From Haliotis cracherodii (Eukaryota): a stretch of DNA of 64,000 nt. Under the pieces are notes generated by a model. The model was not told the DNA's origin, ran no database searches, and saw nothing but the letters and a program-made list of their open reading frames with translations. Each line of letters opens with the position of its first letter. The first letter of the stretch is position 1. The stretch lies in contig NW_027266274.1 of assembly GCF_022045235.1 (NCBI RefSeq), positions 17,174,001 to 17,238,000 on the forward strand, given 5' to 3'. This document shows, piece by piece, positions 35,803 to 48,390 of the stretch. Both the position numbers and the translations under genes were made by a program.

Positions 35803-36486
35803 TGGATGTAATGAAATGTGTGAGAGACAAAATGTGTGAGAGATACGAGAGGCACAGTCTTGTCCCCCTGATATACAGTCTAACTGGCTACTGGACATTT
35901 CTACACAGTGCCATCACCTGTGTAGCGGCTCTAGAACATCACAGATTATTCCATCCATGTCCACTGTACACCGGAAGTTTACACGCGACTCTAGCATCTA
36001 AATATAGACACTTCCTCAAAACTGCTTTCATTAAACAGTACCACATTCCTGACAACTAATCACTGTCCAAACACAATGCAACGAGCATCTACCGAATCTC
36101 AACGGAAACAATGGAACACAGCTACAACCACCGTTCAACAACAAAATACACTGCATATAAAGCGTATATACTGCTGTCTTCCTCAGGCTAGCTGACTCCA
36201 CTGTTAAGATGTTATTGATCCTAGATGACGCCACGAGAGGTACGTAGTTAACCCAAGCTGGACACACGAAAAGGATGGCGTAAATCCAACTTGATCAGGG
36301 CGCACGTGAAGTGAGGGGCACCAACATGGATCTATTCAATAAATGAACAGTCAACACGTAATTCTTGTTCATGGCTAGAAACTTTTCTTTGAAAAAAATC
36401 GAGCAAAACAGTACAACACATTTAATTCAGCATATGACTAAATTTAAATGAAACAATCTTCACAGATATTGTGAACACATTCTCCA

Positions 36487-39400
36487 TCATCCCACTAGAC
36501 TGGGGGATTTTCCTGCGCTCACGGCCCGGAGCGAGTCCACATAGATCCACTCCATGGCGCGGTACGGAGCCAGCAGCTTGCAGTAGTACATGCCTCCAAA
36601 AGACGAGATGAAGGTGTTGAGACTCGTCACAAGGGAGGCAGAAGTTACTTCCAGCTCAGTCGCAGTTTCCTTTAAGTCCAACTTCCATCCTACCCATTGG
36701 ATGCCAGTGCCAATTTTAACGTCGTCTTTGAAAACCATTCTCCTCACTGCACGTTTCTGGTAGCGAGTCCTAGCCACGCTGGAGGACGAGTTGAGAGCCA
36801 GTTGGAAAGCAGCCTGTGTGTAGAGGGTCAACACACCATGTACAACAATCTCCATACAGCGTCACGCCATGTACAACAATCTCCATACAGAGACACACCA
36901 TGTACAACAATCTCCATACAGCGTCACGACATGTAAAACAATCTCCATACAGAGACACACCATGTACAACAATCTCCAGACAGAGACACACCATGTACAA
37001 CAATCTCCATACAGAGACACACCTTGTACATCAATCTCCATACAGAGACACACCATGTACAACAATCTCCATACAGAGACACACCTTGTACATCAATCTC
37101 CATACAGAGACACACCATGTACAACAATCTCCATACAGAGACACACCATATACAACAATCTCCATACAGAGACACACCTTGTACAACAATCTCCATACAG
37201 CGTCACGCCATGTACAACAATCTCCATACAGAGACACACCATGTACAACAATCTCCACACAGAGACACACCATGTACAACAATCTCCATACAGAGACACA
37301 CCATGTACAACAATCTCCAGACAGAGACACACCATGTACAACAATCTCCAGACAGAGATACACCATGTACAACAATCTCCATACAGAGACACGCACATTG
37401 TTGAGACACGCACAATGAGCATGAAGAAGATGGGTTTGGGTCCTGATTTTCACAGACAGCTGTTACTACAAGTCAACTGGGCGGCCCACGTTATCACATT
37501 CAAACAGGAACACGTATATCTCTCACCTCGTTGATATCTTTGCACGTGATGGAAGGGGCGGACCCGGCCTTGACCCCCGACAAAGATTTCACGACAGCTT
37601 CACGTGTCTTCATCTTGGCCTCGAGTTGGTCTGGGGATGCTTTGTTTGTGGAGACATCCATGGGGTTGAAGGGCAAGCCCACGTGGGTGACGGTAACGAC
37701 GTTGTTGGTGCCCGTCTGTGCCTTGGCCAGCACAAACTGAGCCTCGCCGTCCTCCTTGTTCGTGATCTGATATACACAGATATACTACAGTTGACCTGTG
37801 TGTGATATACACAGATATACTACAGTTGACCTGTGTGTAATATACACAGATATACTACAGTTGACATGTGTGTGGAATACACCGATTTACTACACCTGAC
37901 CTGTGTGATATACACAGATATAGTACAGTTGATCTGTGTGTGATATACACAGATATACTACAGTTGACATATGTGTGATATACACAGTTATACTACAGCA
38001 TACTACAGTTGTCCTCTGTGTGATATACACAGATATACAACAGCATACCGCAATGACCTGTGTGATACAGACATATATGGGCGAGTGAACATTTATCACA
38101 CGATGTACATGTTTAATACCCATAGTTTTAGAAAAATAACCGATTTAATAAAAATTGCATTAGCATTTGTGCAAAGAATGACTTCACGCGCACCAGTTTC
38201 TTCCTTACGTAATCCGAACGGCATAGTTGACGTCATTCGAGCCTTATTGTGAAATGATGTCTGAATGACCTCAAAATGGAGTTCAAAAGGATTAAGAAAT
38301 AATGGCTAATAATGACATTATAACACTCGCATGTGTGTCCAACTGATTCTACGAAACTCAAGCAAGAATTCATGCATTACACTTGCTCGCGTTCAGGAAA
38401 TTAAAGACATCTGACATTCGTTTCATCAGTATGTGCAAAGATTGTGCATTTATTGGAACCTCTTCTACTTCATAGAAGTACATCATGATATACATGGATA
38501 TACATCAGTAAACCTCTCCCATATTACATACATGGATATACATCAGTAAACCTCTTCCATATGATATGCATGGATATACATCAGTAAACCTCTCCCATAT
38601 GATATGTATGGATATACATCAGTAAACCTCTCCCATATGATATGTATGGATAAACATCAGTAAACCTCTCCCATATGACATGCATGGATATACATCAGTA
38701 AACCTCTCCCATATGACATGCATGGATATACATCAGTAAACCTCTCCCATATGATATGCATGGATATACATCAGTAAACCTCTCCCATATGATATCCATG
38801 GATATACATCAGTAAACCTCTCCCATATGACATGCATGGATATACATCAGTAAACCTCTCCCATATGATATACATGGATATACATCAGTAAATCTCTCCC
38901 ATATGATATGCATGGATATACATCAGTAAACCTCTCCCATATGATATGTATGGATATACATCAGTAAACCTCTCCCATATGATATGCATGGATATACATC
39001 AGTAAACCTCTCCCATATGATATGTATGGATATACATCAGTAAATCTCTCCCATATGATATGCAGCGATATACATCAGTAAACCTCTCCCATATGATATG
39101 CATGGATATACATCGGTAAACTCTCCCATATGACATGCATGGATATACATCGGTAAACTCTTCCATATGATATACATGGATATACATCAGCAAAACGTCT
39201 TCAGTGTGATACACGTGGATATACACCAGTAAAACCACTCTAGTTGAACTGTATGGAGCTTACTAATTGTAGCAATCTCGTTAAAGTAGACAGAGACAAC
39301 CAGTTGATATGCTTTCTGACTGCTCGCCTACCTTCAGCGTCTTGGCGATGTCGCCTAGCAACAGTTGCTGGGCGCGGATGGTCCAGCCGGACACCTTCTG

Positions 39401-42400
39401 GTCATTCACGTCGAGGGTCTTGAGGTCCAGCAATGGCTGTGGCCGGGAGGAGAGTGGGGTTAGTCTTGTTTGTTTGTTTGTTTGTTTGTTTGTTTGTTAT
39501 GAATAGAGTCTGGACCAGAGCATCCACTGATTGACATCATAAGCATTGATCTACGCAAATGAGATACGATGACATGCATCAATCAAGTCAGCGAGCCTGA
39601 CCACCCGCCTCTTACGTCAAGGGGTTGCTGAAGACCAATTCGTACGGGGATCTTTACGGGTCATCCTGTACATTAGTGCTGAATACAGTATCATCATGTA
39701 CAATAGTGTCGAACACAGTGTCGTCATGTTTAGCAGTGTCGAACACAGTGTCGTTATGTACTGAGTATCAAACACAGTGTCGTCATGTACATTAGCGCCG
39801 AACACAGTGTCGTCAGGTACAGTAGTGTCGTCATGTACAGTAGTGTCATACCCAGTGTCGTCATGTAAAGTAGTGTCGAACACACTGTCGCCATGTAAAG
39901 TAGTGTCGAACACACTGTCGCCATGTAAAGTTGTGTCGAACACACTGTCGTCATGTACAGTAGTGTCGAACACACTTTCGCCATGTAAAGTAGTGTCGTA
40001 CACACTGTCGCCATGTAAAGTAGTGTCGAACACACTGTCGTTATGTACAGTAGTGTCGAACACACTGTCGTCATGTAAAGTAGTGTCGAACACACTGTCG
40101 CCATGTAAAGTAGTGTCGAACATACTGTCGTCATCTTAAGTAGTGTCGAACACACTGTCGTCATGTACAGTAGTGTCGAACACACTGTCTCCATGTACAG
40201 TAGTGTCGAACACAGTGTCGCCATTTACAGCAGTGTTGTACACAGTGTCGTCATGTACAGTAGTGTCGAACACAGTGTCGTCATGTACAGTAGTGTCGAA
40301 CACACTGTCGTCGTGTACAGTAGTGTCGAAGACCGTGTTGCCATGTACAGTAGTGTCGAACACAGTTTCGTCATGTACCCTTTTCGGTGTGCAACCTTGC
40401 TGCATGTAAATACAATAAATACCTTGACCACTGCGGTGTGCAACAAGACTGAACCATTAAAATGTTTACTTTCATGATGCGACTTGTAGCCGCATACGCC
40501 TGCTTGAGGGCGACCTTGGCCTTCGAGACGTCGGTCTGCGGCTGTTGAAGCGTTGCTACCAGGAAGTTATTGCAGTGCTGCGCAATCACTTTGTGCGCAC
40601 TTGATTCAGTGACCTCTGCGGCAAGGTCCTCCTTGACGACCCCTGAGGGCATGGTGCCTGACGCGAACTGGGCGTGGTTGATGCCAGACATGATGACGAC
40701 AGGGGTGCGGTACATAGCGTTGGCGTCCTTAGCAACGTCACTCTGCAACTCCCTGGAATCAGTTTTACGTGCACGTCGTGCATACAGTACCCGGATGGTG
40801 ATTGGGGCTAAACAAACTCACACAGGGTGACGTGACGGGGGTTTAAGCAAACATACACAGGGTGACGTGACGAGGGGCTAAACAAACATACACAGGGTGA
40901 CGTGACGAGGGGCTAAACAAACATACACAGGGTGACGTGACGGGGGTTTAAGCAAACATACACAGGGTGACGTGACGAGGGGCTAAACAAACATACACAG
41001 GGTGACGTGACGGGGGTTTAAGCAAACATACACGGGTGGACGTAACGAGGAGTTAAACAAACATATACAGGTTGACGTGACGGGATTTTAAACATAGGAT
41101 CTCGTCATCTCTAAACAAAGCAAATTCTCACATTTGGGCTACTGACGTATACGTCTGATGCAATGATTTGTAAACGTTCTAGATTGGGGAGCAATTAATG
41201 GTACGAAAAGTACATATGTAAAAAGGATAAAGAGCAGGGCGGGATTTTGGTCGCATTTTCATTCCGTTAATATTTTTTGTAATATCATTCAACAAGTTTG
41301 TAGTACTCGTCGTTAAAAGATCTTCAGTGTAGACGGTGCTGACGTAGTGCATGGAACTCACTGGAAGGTGTCTGCGATCCTGGTGATGCGTGTGTTGCCG
41401 TCCAGGTCGCCGGAGATAGTGAGGACAGGAAGAGGGTACTGGGACAGGGGATTCCCCTTGGTGATGTAGGATGCCAACAGCAGGATGCCCTTTAACTGTT
41501 TGGCATGAGATTTCCCATGGTTCCCAACGAAGACGCCTGTTAAGAGAGAGAGATACTGTTATTTGAAAGTGATTTTACATTCAGTAGAACAGTTGTAAAT
41601 ATGAATGCAGAAAGTGCCCGTGGCAGCAAATGATTGACTTGCTCGTAAAATAGACGTTGAGTGATGTCGTGGCCAAATTTGAACAACAGTTACTGTAAAC
41701 TTTCAATAATGGTTTTAATCGTTCGGGAGGTTTCTGTAGTGTACAGTTTCTAGAAGACTGGCTGAACCATTAAAGCAGCGACAAGAGAGAGATTCGAGAT
41801 CTTTTTCGACCTCACTTATTTCTAATCTACTTGCTAAGTGTGGTTTGTATTACTGTTTGGAAGCATCGCATTCCTACCAGCTTCCAAAGCCATTCTTGAT
41901 TCAAGAATGAAGGCTTCTTTCAAGACATTCCGACAATATTCTGCACATCTGTGTTACTAACTATAATTCACAGGTCCTTTACCCACTGCTGCAGCCACGT
42001 ATTTGTCGAGATGTCTTGACTTGTTTATTGTAAACCTGAAACCATGTGTTTAAACTATTATTTACTGATTATTTATTGATCTTGTGTTGTCGGGGGCACA
42101 GGTAGCCCAGTCGTCTAAGGCGACGCGATTTGCTGTGCAGAGTTGCGTCCATTGGGCACGCCAGAAACCTGTGATTGTGGGTTCGAATCCCGGTTCGCCC
42201 CGATTATGTTTCTAGGTTTGTCAGAACCATACCCGTGCTCGTGGGTTTCACCGAAGTGGTAAACGTCTGAGACCTGCATCACCTCGGGCTTTCCTCCCAC
42301 ATTAAGCTGACACGCCGTGATATAACTGGAATACTGCTAAAAGCGGCGTTAAATCCAACTCACTCACTCAATCTTGTGTTGTCAATTTTACTGATTGCCT

Positions 42401-44101
42401 AATTCAGTTTTCTGCAAATCAATTCCTTAGTTGGCATCTGTGTTTCAGTATTAATACAACATCACTCAAGATTATCAAATAAAATTGGTTTAATGTTTAC
42501 CCTGTAATTTGGTTGTTCCCATTGGTCAGATGTTGATTTGAAATGACTAGTTTGAACCAAGGGGTACACTGTGACGATGTTAATTTTTTTCTAGAAAATC
42601 AAATACCTCCGAGACTGTGTCCTGCCAGGAAGACGTTGTCAGAAGTCATTCCTTTCTTCCGGAGCTGCGCAATGGCGTCCGTGACAGCCCCCGACAGCTG
42701 TAGGGGGTTTGGGAGATCGGCGATAAACTCCGCCAGAACAACTACCCAGAGTTTCAGAGGAGACGACTTCTGTATTTCCTGCCCTGTGTTGGACAAAGAA
42801 AATTAAAACACGTTGTTGATCTTAGCATTAGTATTAGCTAGCGATGACCAAGGCAGCCTCGGGGCCTAACATATATCTACATCTGTATATCTGACTTCGG
42901 TATTATATATAACATATATCTACATCTGTATATAAGACCTCGGTATTATATATAACATATATCTACATCTGTATATCTGACCTCGGTATTATATATAACA
43001 TATATCTACATATGTATATCAGACCTCGGTATTATATATAACATATATCTACATCTGTTTATCAGACCTCGGTATTATATATAACATATATCTACATCTG
43101 TATATCTGACCTCGGTATTATATATAACATATATCTACATCTGTATATCTGACCTCGGTATTATATATAACATATATCTACATCTGTTTATCAGACCTCG
43201 GTATTATATATAACATATATCTACATCTGTATATCTGACCTCGGTATTATATATAACATATATCTACATCTGTATATCTGACCTCGGTATTATATATAAC
43301 ATATATCTACATCTGTATATCTGACCTCGGTATTATATATAACATATATCTACATCTGTATATCTGACCTCGGTATTATATATAACATATATCTACATCT
43401 GTATATCTGACCTCGGTATTATATATAACATATATCTACATCTGTATATCTGACCTCGGTATTATATATAACATATATCTACATCTGTTTATCAGACCTC
43501 GGTATTATATATAACATATATCTACATCTGTATATCTGACCTCGGTATTATATATAACATATATCTACATCTGTATATCTGACCTCGGTATTATATATAA
43601 CATATATCTACATCTGTATATGAGACCTCGGTATTATATATAACATATATCTACATCTGTATATCAGACCTCGGTATTATATATAACATATATCTACATC
43701 TGTATATCAGACCTCGGTATTATATAAAACATATATCTACATCTGTATATCTGACCTCGGTATTATATATAACATATATCTACATCTGTATATCTGACCT
43801 CGGTATTATATATAACATATGTCTAAATCTGTATATCTGACCTCGGTATTATATATAACATATATCTACATCCTTTTTACATCTGCTCTCGGCACCTCGA
43901 GGGACCTTGCATGAGAGACTAGTCTTATGACCCAGCTAGCGACCTACCTAGTGGAATATACTGTTCTCCCTTCACGTAGGCCCCGGGCACGATGACCAAG
44001 GCAGCCTCGGGGCCTTGTTTGGCCTGGGGGGTCAGGATGTGAGGGGTGACGGCTAGGGTCACGCCCAGGACGGAGGTCAGCAGCAACACAGTGGCCGTCA
44101 T
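36487..44101 (-). CDS. Secreted alpha/beta-hydrolase (Abhydrolase_5-like) paralog B, 7 exons, 486 aa
   Basis: Exons 44101-43948, 42783-42607, 41536-41362, 40752-40470, 39436-39332, 37766-37527, 36813-36487. All GT-AG and in phase (1461 nt). Signal peptide MTATVLLLTSVLGVTLA; triad GHSLGG / SGDLDG / INHAQF. Confidence 0.93.
36831..37395. repeat. 31-bp minisatellite
   Basis: Same unit as 30131-30945, about 18 copies. Confidence 0.95.
37768..38072. repeat. About 35-bp minisatellite abutting an exon-6 acceptor
   Basis: Unit TGATATACACAGATATACTACAGTTGACCTGTGTG. Confidence 0.88.
38485..39235. repeat. 38-bp minisatellite
   Basis: Unit CATGGATATACATCAGTAAACCTCTCCCATATGATATG, about 20 copies. Confidence 0.95.
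39466..39662 (-). mobile_element. SINE family 1 (internally deleted)
   Basis: (TTTG)n tail, GTCTGGACCAGA body and GACCCGTAAAGATCCC head on the - strand. Confidence 0.8.
39665..40378. repeat. 30-bp minisatellite
   Basis: Unit TAGTGTCGAACACACTGTCGTCATGTACAG. Confidence 0.94.
40805..41095. repeat. 35-bp minisatellite
   Basis: Unit AAACAAACATACACAGGGTGACGTGACGAGGGGCT. Confidence 0.9.
42092..42370 (+). mobile_element. tRNA-derived SINE family 3 (Leu/Ser-like head, TTTCCTCCCAC body)
   Basis: TAGCCCAGTCGTCTAAGGCG...GGTTCGAATCCC, shared GGAATACTGCTAAAAGCGGCGTTAAA tail, 13-bp TSD ATCTTGTGTTGTC. Confidence 0.9.
42867..43872. repeat. 43-bp AT-rich minisatellite
   Basis: Unit TAACATATATCTACATCTGTATATCTGACCTCGGTATTATATA, about 23 copies. 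Confidence 0.96.
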
Positions 44102-44872
44102 CTTGGGAACTGCTCCAGTCAATGTAGGAAGCGGCAAGAGCTTGCCGCAATGTTTTTGAAGGTGTTACTTATGTAAACTGATAAGGCTGGGTAATTAGAC
44201 GTCTGTCGCAGGACATTCGTCCTAGTTTCCCTGGTCGTCTGAGATTATCGAAAACATCCGATAGCGTAAAGGTTAAAACACCCATTTTTTTTAAAACAGC
44301 ACTTTTATATATCACGTGATATACTACATGTCAAAATAATCAGTTGTCAGGTATATGCACTATACTTTTAGGGTATATCAAAGTGTCATATCGTACACCT
44401 GTCTTTACCTGCGTCAGGTATTTGCACTATACGTTAATTGTATGTTAAATTTTACATCACACGCCTGTATTAACCTGCGTCAGGTATATCAATTAATGGT
44501 TACATCGTACACAACGGCATCGTAACATCGTACACAAGAATTACCTGTGGTAAGGTATATGCGCAATACGTGGATATTAATATAAGTGGTATATTAATAA
44601 GCGGCACGAAATAATAAACAAATTTTAACCAAAACATATTTAAAAAGCTATTTGCATTTCAGAGGTGACAGGTAAGTCTAGACCAAAGCAAGGAGTGCAA
44701 GATCACCATTACACAAGCGTATTGTGAAAGTTTGGCCTCATGAGCGTGGGTGTTGCTAGGACATCGTTCTAGATGCTGACACCAGATACGCCGTGGTCAC
44801 TGACACGTAGAACCAGTCGAACAATATCGGCTTGTCTCATCTGCATACCTGGATCCCGGCGTGCTTCTCAAT

Positions 44873-45182
44873 ACACACGAGACTATGACACACACGAGAC
44901 TATGATACACACGAGACTATGATAAACACGAGACTATGATACACACTTGACTATGAAACACAGTAGGCTATGACACTCGCGAGACTATGAAACACACCTG
45001 ACTATGACACACATACGACTAGGATACACACGAAACTATGATACACGCTTGATTATGAAACACACTTGATTATTAAACACACTAGACTATGACACTCACG
45101 AGACAATGATACACGTGAGACTATGATACACACGAGACTATGACACTCACGAGACTATGAAACACACGTGGCTATGAAACAC
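44873..45182. repeat. 17-bp minisatellite
   Basis: Unit GACTATGATACACACGA. Confidence 0.88.
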
Positions 45183-45199
45183 ATTTCCTTGTCAATTTT

Positions 45200-46150
45200 C
45201 GACCGTTTGTTATCATATAAATAAATATATATGTTCTCTGCCTCCTAGCATTTAGCCATGTATACACCCGATAAAGGAGTAAGTATATACGTTGCGTTTC
45301 TCATAATAAACAAGTTGACATTAATCAGTTCTCTTCCTTATGTGTATGAGTAAATGCCTTTCAAAGACTTTCTCATCTCATATTTGAATGTTCTACTGTT
45401 GAACAATGCTTCTATATACTGCTCATGTTTTATATGCCTTTTTACCACAAACTTTTAAACACCTTTAGCTTTTCTTATCTCCCGCTACCAGGCTTCTTTA
45501 TAGATAAGAAAAAAATGCACTTCGGTCTTAATCCAACATACTCTGCATTAGGAGTTCCAGCACATTCATCCTTCATCTTACCTAATACCTTCTTATTTAC
45601 TGTGCTGTGCAACTGATTATCTTTTGGGTAATCACTTGTATCACATATATGTAGTTTTTGCCATATATTTATATGCATCATCAGTTTTCTATTTCCAATA
45701 ACAAAGAATCTGTATCGGTATTTTACACCCGTCATCTACCACAACATTGCTTCTTAAGTTCATTGTAATAAAAGTCATACATTAAGTGTTTTGACAAGTC
45801 AAGAGTACTCATACCAACATAGACTGGTTCGTTGAATGTTATATTGCTCTTCCTTATACGTAATGCCGCCAAGTCGTTGTCAAATATCTTACTTCTGTTA
45901 AAAGCCCGACTGGCTATAAGTTGCCTTAGTCTTTCTTCCTCATTAGATCTGACTAATTTAACATCAACACGCTTCCTTAGATTCTCCATATTTTTATCCC
46001 AAAACTGAGTTATTCATGAGTTTATATAGATTCTTTTCGAACTCACTAGTAGCTTTCTTTCTTAAATCTGTGTTCAGCCTTATATTGGGCTCCATCCAAG
46101 TACTTTGGCCAAACTTAAGAACTCTATATATGTTCTTATACCTAATGATA
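45200..46150 (-). pseudogene. Polinton/Maverick (adintovirus-like) protein-primed DNA polymerase B fragment
   Basis: RKKATSEFEKNLYKLMNNSVLG, MENLRKRVDVKLV...PVYVGMSTLDLSKHLMYDFYY and DTSDYPKDNQLHSTVNKKVLGKMKDECAG...YVGLRPK in successive broken frames. Confidence 0.85.
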
Positions 46151-46192
46151 GATACAACTGGATATTTTTTATGGTAGTCTATATATGTTACA

Positions 46193-46349
46193 GGAAACAA
46201 GTATAATCAGTGATTAAGTCTATTAACTGGAAATTTCAGTGATTATGTCTAATAACTGATTCACTCGGTGGTTATGTCTAATTACTGAAATCTTCAGTAA
46301 TTAGACATAATCACTGAAATGAACCAAGGGATTTTATACTTGTTTACCG
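46193..46349. mobile_element. MITE-like inverted-repeat element
   Basis: AAACAAGTATAA / TTATACTTGTTT termini; internal TCAGTGATTATGTCTAAT inverted repeats. Confidence 0.6.
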
Positions 46350-46468
46350 AAAGCATATCCCTGCCTTTTTATAACAACTTGTGAGAAGGCTTCATAATCC
46401 TGTCCTAAGCCAATCAGGCAAACACATATGAATTGTTCACCTTGACCAGATACCTCACACTTCGACTC

Positions 46469-46642
46469 ATGGAGCCTCACGATACCTTCAGAGATACACT
46501 GTACAAGATGTATGAGGAAAACAGGCGTGTCCTCATCCCGAAGGAGCTTTACTTGGAATCTATTAACAACTTGCTAGAAGCCTCCATTACCACTAAGAAG
46601 ACACCACACCACTACTACCTCCTGAAGAAGTATGAAGTATGA
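46469..46642 (+). pseudogene. N-terminal fragment of a KRBA2/SCAND3-like (Ginger-type) integrase, cut by the assembly gap
   Basis: ...KKTPHHYYLLKKYEV motif recalled from KRBA2-like integrases; short and unverified. Confidence 0.45.
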
Positions 46643-46895
46643 NNNNNNNNNNNNNNNNNNNNNNNNNNNNNNNNNNNNNNNNNNNNNNNNNNNNNNNNNN
46701 NNNNNNNNNNNNNNNNNNNNNNNNNNNNNNNNNNNNNNNNNNNNNNNNNNNNNNNNNNNNNNNNNNNNNNNNNNNNNNNNNNNNNNNNNNNNNNNNNNNN
46801 NNNNNNNNNNNNNNNNNNNNNNNNNNNNNNNNNNNNNNNNNNNNNNNNNNNNNNNNNNNNNNNNNNNNNNNNNNNNNNNNNNNNNNNNNNNNNNN
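46643..46895. other. Assembly gap (253 N)
   Basis: Run of N. Confidence 0.99.
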
Positions 46896-47214
46896 ATTTT
46901 GGTACGCATTTTTTCAACATTGGCTAATTTAGTCTTTCCCGTCGAGTTATGTTGATATTCGGCCATCCAATGTCTATTAACTATTAATCTTTCAGGAGCT
47001 TGCGGATAACAGTTATGGTGTTAACATACATTTGTGAGGTATTCTAAGTCATGTTCTGGTATATACCCTTTATCAGAATCTTTGGGAATATTATTCACAT
47101 CGACATTGTCTACCCCCTGAAAAACACAGGTGGGTGAAGGTTGACTCATAGCCCATCGGTACAGCAACACTTGCCGAGTAAAACGATCAGTGTATATATG
47201 CAGACGTTATGGAA

Positions 47215-47345
47215 CGAGAATGACAGTCAGTTCTTGTGGTAAGAGAATGACAGTCAGTTCTTGTGGTAAGAGAATGACAGTCAAGAGAATGACAGTCAGT
47301 TCTTGTGGTAAGAGAATGACAGTCAGTTCTTGTGGTAAGAGAATG
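47215..47345. repeat. 27-bp tandem repeat
   Basis: AGAATGACAGTCAGTTCTTGTGGTAAG repeated about 4.5 times. Confidence 0.85.
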
Positions 47346-47985
47346 CGTAACATCCTTGACTACAACAAGGATGATAGCAGATGAACCCCTCAAGACCATG
47401 CGGAATTATGCATCCAAATCAAGCCCCTGACTGGACCACCTAATGTCATACGGATTGAATAGTACAACTAATAATAATCAACGTGAAAGTCCTTCTACTC
47501 TGCTCCAGTTAAAGATGAAAAATACAATAGAGGTAGAAGCGAATTGTTCTCAGCATTACAGTATAAGAAGTTAAGGCGGTGCATTATTACAAAACTCAAA
47601 GTTTCAATACTTTCTGATCTTGGAGACACAGAAGGATTTGATAAACCTGGTATTGAAAGCAGATTATATGTTTTACACTTACAAGATAATGTATAAAAGC
47701 AGAAAGAAGTTACATTTGCAGCACCTATTCTAGGAGATTTAAATGATGTTGAGGTAAGAGAACCCATTAAAAACACCTTGTACAATGGTGTCCTCACTGG
47801 TGATGATAAATGGATTATGCTTGAAACAAAAATCGACCGGCTAACAAATATCCTCATTAAACCACCATATGTGATTATGACGGGTAAGGCACGTCGTTTA
47901 AATAGGTTCATGAATCGTAGAATTATACTGGGGGCTTATATTCCATCAAAACAAAAGTGCGTGTTCATTGCTCCACTACCAGAGA

Positions 47986-48157
47986 TGGGGCGGTCGGGTA
48001 GCCTAGAGGTTAAAGCGTTCGCTCGTCACGCCGAAGACCCGGGTTCGATTCCCGACATGGGTACAATGTGTGAAGCCCATTTCTGGTGTTCCACGCCGTG
48101 ATATTGCTGGAATATTGCTAAAAGCGGCCTTAAACCATACTAACTCACTCACTCACT
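47986..48157 (+). mobile_element. tRNA-derived SINE family 2
   Basis: Near-identical to 25968-26138; 12-bp TSD CACTACCAGAGA. Confidence 0.9.
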
Positions 48158-48390
48158 CACTACCAGAGAAACCGGGCCATCTGTTAATGTGTCGCCCAGT
48201 ATTTAAGGATGTGAGCTTAAATGTGGTTGCTGATTTCAATTATGTATTCAAGAACTTGAGTGCAATACCTCCCAGATCTACACTTTATATTGTCTTGTTG
48301 CTCCTGAAGATTTCCTCGCTGTATTACCGGGTCTAAGTCTTAGATGGCGTAAAAACTATGAACCATTTAAAGACTCATGATAGTTAATAT

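Larger units (their letters stand above)
31040..36260 (-). mobile_element. Degenerate Ty3/Gypsy LTR retrotransposon, Gmr1-type domain order (gag-PR-INT-RT-RH)
   Basis: Minus-strand order: putative LTR ending TGTAACA at 35090 (outer limit uncertain); PBS TGGGGCTCGTCCGGGAT (tRNA-Pro) 35067-35083; gag (IRLVPQF...YELVPEAYRQKFR); protease RDTGA about 33575; integrase (WPHLRHDVSEFCKTCHVCQ...TRIPEAIPL) about 33060-32340; RT (KQHPYRMNP, VDDVI) about 31900-31500; RNase H (VAVDASDIGAGA) about 31390-31040. Many stops. Confidence 0.88.

Noticed and set aside
39617-40477. DTTLHGDSVF-repeat acidic protein (biomineral-like)
   Set aside because: The 30-bp minisatellite is open on both strands, lies inside hydrolase B intron 4, and has no supporting exon structure.
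46574-46966. ORFs containing long X runs
   Set aside because: Artefacts of the N gap.
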